DNA of 12,235 nt, taken from assembly GCF_006345805.1 (NCBI RefSeq), contig NW_021826554.1, positions 1-12,235 of the forward strand, written 5' to 3'. The notes under the pieces were generated by a model. The model was not told the origin of the DNA, ran no database searches, and was given only the letters and a program-made list of their open reading frames with translations. This stretch comes from Octopus sinensis. Its lineage: Eukaryota. Positions 9,300 to 12,235 of the stretch are shown one piece after another (the first letter of the stretch is position 1; each line of letters begins with the position of its first letter). The translations under genes and the position numbers were made by a program.

Positions 9300-9487
9300 T
9301 GCCGTCCGCCTCTCGTCCTTGAAATTGCTGGCCTTGTGCCAAAAATTGAAACTATTATAACAGGACGATAGGTTAGCTAAGTAATATTGCCTTGCGGCTT
9401 TTGTTTCGAGTCTTCACGTTCTGAGTTCAAATCCCGCCGAGGTCGATCGCCCCGAATTTTGGCCCTCTGCCAAGATTGGAAGCAACT
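9300..9487 (+). mobile_element. SINE family C fragments: an isolated tail (9300-9360) followed by an internally deleted copy (9362-9487)
   Basis: GAAATTGCTGGCCTTGTGCCAAAAATTGAAAC, then ACGTTCTGAGTTCAAATCCCGCCGAGGTCGA fused almost directly to CCCCGAATTTTGGCCCTCTGCCAAGATT. Confidence 0.72.
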
Positions 9488-9489
9488 AC

Positions 9490-9840
9490 GGCTGTGAAGT
9501 TATGAAGCTTGATTCGCAGTCATGTAGTTTCGGGTTCAGTTCCACTGTGTGGCACCTTGGGCAAGTGTCTTCTACTTGAGCCGCGGACTGATTAATGTCT
9601 TGTGAATAAATTCGATTGACAGAAACTGTATGGCAGCCTGTCGTGTGTGTGTACGCGTGCGTGCGTATGTATTTGTGTTTGTCTCCATTGCCACCACTTG
9701 ACAACCGGCGTTGGTTTGCCGTAACTTAGCGGTTCAGCAAAAGTGTCCGATAGAGTAATTACCAGGCTTATAAAACGAAGTACTGTGGTTGATTTGTCCG
9801 ACTAAACCCTTCGAGGTTATGCCCCAGCATGGCCGCAGTC
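9490..9840 (+). mobile_element. SINE family A, diverged near-full copy
   Basis: GGGTTCAGTTCCACTGTGTGGCACCTTGGGCAAGTGTCTTCTAC...CTTGACAACCGG...GTAACTTAGCGGTTC...CCAGCATGGCCGCAGTC. Confidence 0.88.
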
Positions 9841-9926
9841 GCTTATTGTAAAAGGTGATGGATTCAATCAGTCTGAGGGTGCGTGGAACAAAATACCTGA
9901 AAGCAATTAGGGCGCATCATATTGTG

Positions 9927-10097
9927 TTTATTCTTTTATTCTTTTACATGTTTCAGTCATTTGACTGCGGCCATGCTGGAGCACTGCCTTTAGTCGAGCA
10001 AATCGACCTTAGGACTTATTCTTTGTAAGTCTAGTACTTATTCTATCGGTTCTTTTGCCGAACCGCTAAGTTACGAGGACGTAAACACACCAGCATC
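9927..10097 (-). mobile_element. SINE family A, 3' part on minus strand
   Basis: Reverse complement nearly matches 8910-9065; tail reads (TTCTTTTA)n on the plus strand. Confidence 0.92.
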
Positions 10098-10255
10098 ATT
10101 TCACGTCCGCTTTCCATGCTGGTATGGGTTGGACGGCTTAATAGGAACTGGTAAAACTTAATGGCCGCACCAAACTCCATAGTCTGTTTTGGCTTTGGTT
10201 TTCTACGGCCGGATGCCCTTCCTAATGCCAACCACTTCGCAGAGTGTACTCGGTG
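10095..10255 (-). mobile_element. Probable different interspersed repeat fragment (unclassified SINE/LINE end)
   Basis: Abrupt loss of family A similarity at 10097. The minus-strand motif GTTGGCATTAGGAAGGGCATCCGGCCGTAGAAA is familiar from animal retroposons (memory only). Confidence 0.4.
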
Positions 10256-10369
10256 TTTTTTTTTATGTGGAAACTTAGTTTCAGAATCCCAATTCAGTTG
10301 TGGTGACGGGTTTTCTCAAGTGCAGCAGTGCGCCACATATCTCGTTCCTCTGTCATCTCCTTCGTAAGG

Positions 10370-10545
10370 CATATATACATATATATATATATATGTGTGT
10401 GTTTGTTTGTTTACGTCACGGTAACGTAGTGGTTCTGCATAGGAAATAAGTCTTAGTGTTGATTTGCTCCATTTAAATCTTTTAAGGCAGTGTCCTAGCA
10501 TGGCCACTGTCCAGAGCCTGAAACAGTTTAAAAAAAAAAAAAAAG
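10370..10545 (+). mobile_element. SINE family A, 3' half beginning at the internal microsatellite, ending in poly(A)
   Basis: GTTTGTTTACGTCACGGTAACGTAGTGGTTC...AATAAGTC...TTGATTTGCTC...AAGGCAGTG...AGCATGGCCAC...CTGAAACA. Confidence 0.75.
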
Positions 10546-10550
10546 AGAGA

Positions 10551-10674
10551 TGTGTGTGTGTATTTGTATTTACCTCCCACCTATCACTTGACATCCAGTG
10601 TTGGTTCGTTTACGTTTCCGTAAACTTAGCGGGTCGGCAGAAGGAAAGACCGAAAGAGTAAGTACCAAGCTTAA
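10551..10674 (+). mobile_element. SINE family A, internal fragment beginning at (TG)n
   Basis: CACTTGACATCCAGTGTTGGTTCGTTTACGT...ACTTAGCGG...AGACCGAAAGAGTAAGTACCAAGCTTA. Confidence 0.75.
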
Positions 10675-10700
10675 CCTTTTTCTCTCTCGCCTGTGTATCA

Positions 10701-11008
10701 GATGCTCGGTCTAGTGGTTAGTACGTTCGTAAGGTCGTGAGTTCAATTCCCGACAACGTGTTGTGTCCTTGAGCAAGACACTTTATTTCCCGTTACTCTA
10801 GTTCACTCAGCTGGCAAATATGAGTAGTACCTATATTTCAAAAGACCAGCCTTTTCACACTCTGTGTCGCGCTGAATCTTCTTGAGAACTACGTTAAGGG
10901 TACGCATGTCTGTGGAGTGCTCAGCCACATGCACGTTAATTTCACGAGCAAGCTGTTCCGTTGATCGGGTTAACTGGAACCCTTGTTATCATAACCGATC
11001 GAGGGACA
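10701..11008 (+). mobile_element. SINE family B (tail type 2)
   Basis: CTAGTGGTTAG (A-box-like), GAGTTCAATTCCCG (B box) and GTGTTGTGTCCTTGAGCAAGACACTTTATTTC core shared with 2786-2922; the 3' part differs. Confidence 0.88.
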
Positions 11009-11017
11009 GCTATTTTT

Positions 11018-11232
11018 TGTTGCTTCTGTCCATTCAGCTGGCAAAAATGAGTAGTAACTGTATTTCAAAGGGGCCAGCCTTGACACACTCTGAGTGATGC
11101 TGATTCTCCCTGAGAACTACGTTAAGGGTGCACATGTTCGTGGAGTTCTCAGCCACTTGCACGTTAATTTCACGAGCAAGCTGTTCCGTTTATCGTATCA
11201 ACTTGAGCACTTGTCGTAACCGACGGAGGACT
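11018..11232 (+). mobile_element. Tandem headless second copy of SINE family B tail type 2
   Basis: Aligns to ~10791-11008, including identical blocks TGAGAACTACGTTAAGGGT and TGCACGTTAATTTCACGAGCAAGCTGTTCCGTT. Confidence 0.9.
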
Positions 11233-11289
11233 ATTTGTAGTCTCACATGTAGTACACTGCACGTTTCCCTTGGCTACCATGGATAATTC

Positions 11290-11324
11290 ATTATACATGT
11301 TCTCAATTATACATGTTCTCAATT
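11290..11324. repeat. Perfect 16-bp tandem duplication
   Basis: ATTATACATGTTCTCA twice (11290-11305, 11306-11321) plus ATT. Confidence 0.95.
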
Positions 11325-11356
11325 GTTTTTTCAGCTACCAGAGTAACTTTGGACCT

Positions 11357-11520
11357 ATGAAAAAGGAAGGTTTTATATTACTCATGAGATGAAACAAGGG
11401 TTTTTGAAGGGTTTTAATCGAGCGAATCTACACTAGTACTTATTTCCCATGCAGAACCCCTCTAGATAGGTTCAGATGAAACAAGGGGTTTGTATTACTC
11501 ACAAAATGAAATAAGGGTTC
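11357..11520. repeat. Four copies of an ATGAAA(C/T/A)AAGG motif arranged as two pairs
   Basis: Starts at 11357, 11389, 11476 and 11506. The first unit of each pair continues GGTTT.TATTACTCA. Confidence 0.8.
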
Positions 11521-11633
11521 ACTGAATGTCTGTAATTACAAGGTTGGACTTTCTGGACACACTTACGGAAATGCTTTAGGTAGGGAAAGGGTTTTAAAGA
11601 AATACGTGTTGGGGTCAGTTTGTTCGACTGAGC

Positions 11634-11690
11634 CAGTGGTTCTTAACCGGGGTCCATATAAGGTTTTGTTGTTAAAATACGTGCAACGAT
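11634..11690 (+). mobile_element. Putative left end of a hAT (Charlie-like) DNA transposon/MITE
   Basis: Begins CAGTGGTTCTTAACC, resembling the hAT-Charlie TIR CAGTGGTTCTCAA(C/A)C. The partner TIR is not in the window. Confidence 0.55.
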
Positions 11691-11692
11691 CT

Positions 11693-12205
11693 CTTTTATT
11701 TGTTTCAGTGATTTGACTGCGGCCATGCTGGAGCACCGCCTTTAGTCGAGCAAATCGACTCCCCTCCCGGACTTATTCTTTGGAAGCCTAGTACTTATTC
11801 TATCGGTCTCTTTTTGCCGAACCGCTAAGTTACTGGGACGTAAACACACCAGCATCGGTTGTCAAGCGATGCAGGGGGACAAACACACACACACACATAT
11901 ATATATATATTATATGTAGAAAAATACAAACTGGGACAAGAACGTAAAACATTTAGAAGACGATACAAAAAACACGGACGGGACATTCGAAGCCTTCAAT
12001 CTTCAGTCAAGAACCGGATCATCCTAGCAATTTCGGTTGATTAATCTTACGACGGGCTTCTTTCAGTTTCCGTCTACCAAATCCCCTCACAAGGCTTTTT
12101 GTCGGCCCGAGGCTATAGTAGAAGACACTCGCCCAAGGTGCCACGCAGTGGGACTGAACGCGGAACCATGTGGCTTGTAAGCAAGCTAATTACCACACAG
12201 CCACC
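11693..12205 (-). mobile_element. SINE family A, near full length on minus strand, interrupted by a 132-bp insert
   Basis: 11693-11915 is the tail plus internal microsatellite and 12048-12205 is the head and core. Both match the reverse complement of 8692-9065. Confidence 0.93.
11916..12047. mobile_element. Foreign insert inside the SINE's (TA)n tract; possible PLE terminal-repeat fragment
   Basis: Absent from all other family A copies in the window and sits at the TA tract. Its identity is inference. Confidence 0.6.
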
Positions 12206-12235
12206 TACGGTCTGGTTATAATTCCTACAATGCTC

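Noticed and set aside
8614-9704. Recurring peptides such as VEDTCPRCH and LPKVP in several ORFs, suggesting a gene family
   Set aside because: They are antisense translations of the same SINE family A core.
11290-11526. Short spaced repeats superficially like a CRISPR array
   Set aside because: The units are degenerate and irregularly spaced, the context is eukaryotic, and there are no cas genes.

Overview
Repeat-dense, AT-rich eukaryotic (animal) genomic DNA with no supportable host protein-coding gene. The SINE repertoire resembles what I recall from octopus/coleoid cephalopod genomes; this is inference, not a database result. The only real coding content is a decayed Penelope-like retroelement (RT plus GIY-YIG endonuclease) on the minus strand at ~690-2357. 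Its N-terminal RT segment (2359-2602) is inverted onto the plus strand, with an 8-bp duplicated junction word, matching a twin-priming-type 5' inversion. The rest is a mosaic of at least three tRNA-derived SINE families with interchangeable modules, many microsatellites, short islands embedded in (TA)n arrays, a hAT-like transposon end and a multi-layer nested insertion at the right end. Most ORFs in the track are microsatellite or SINE artefacts. I see no novel protein-coding system; the interesting observations concern retroelement architecture and RNA structure.
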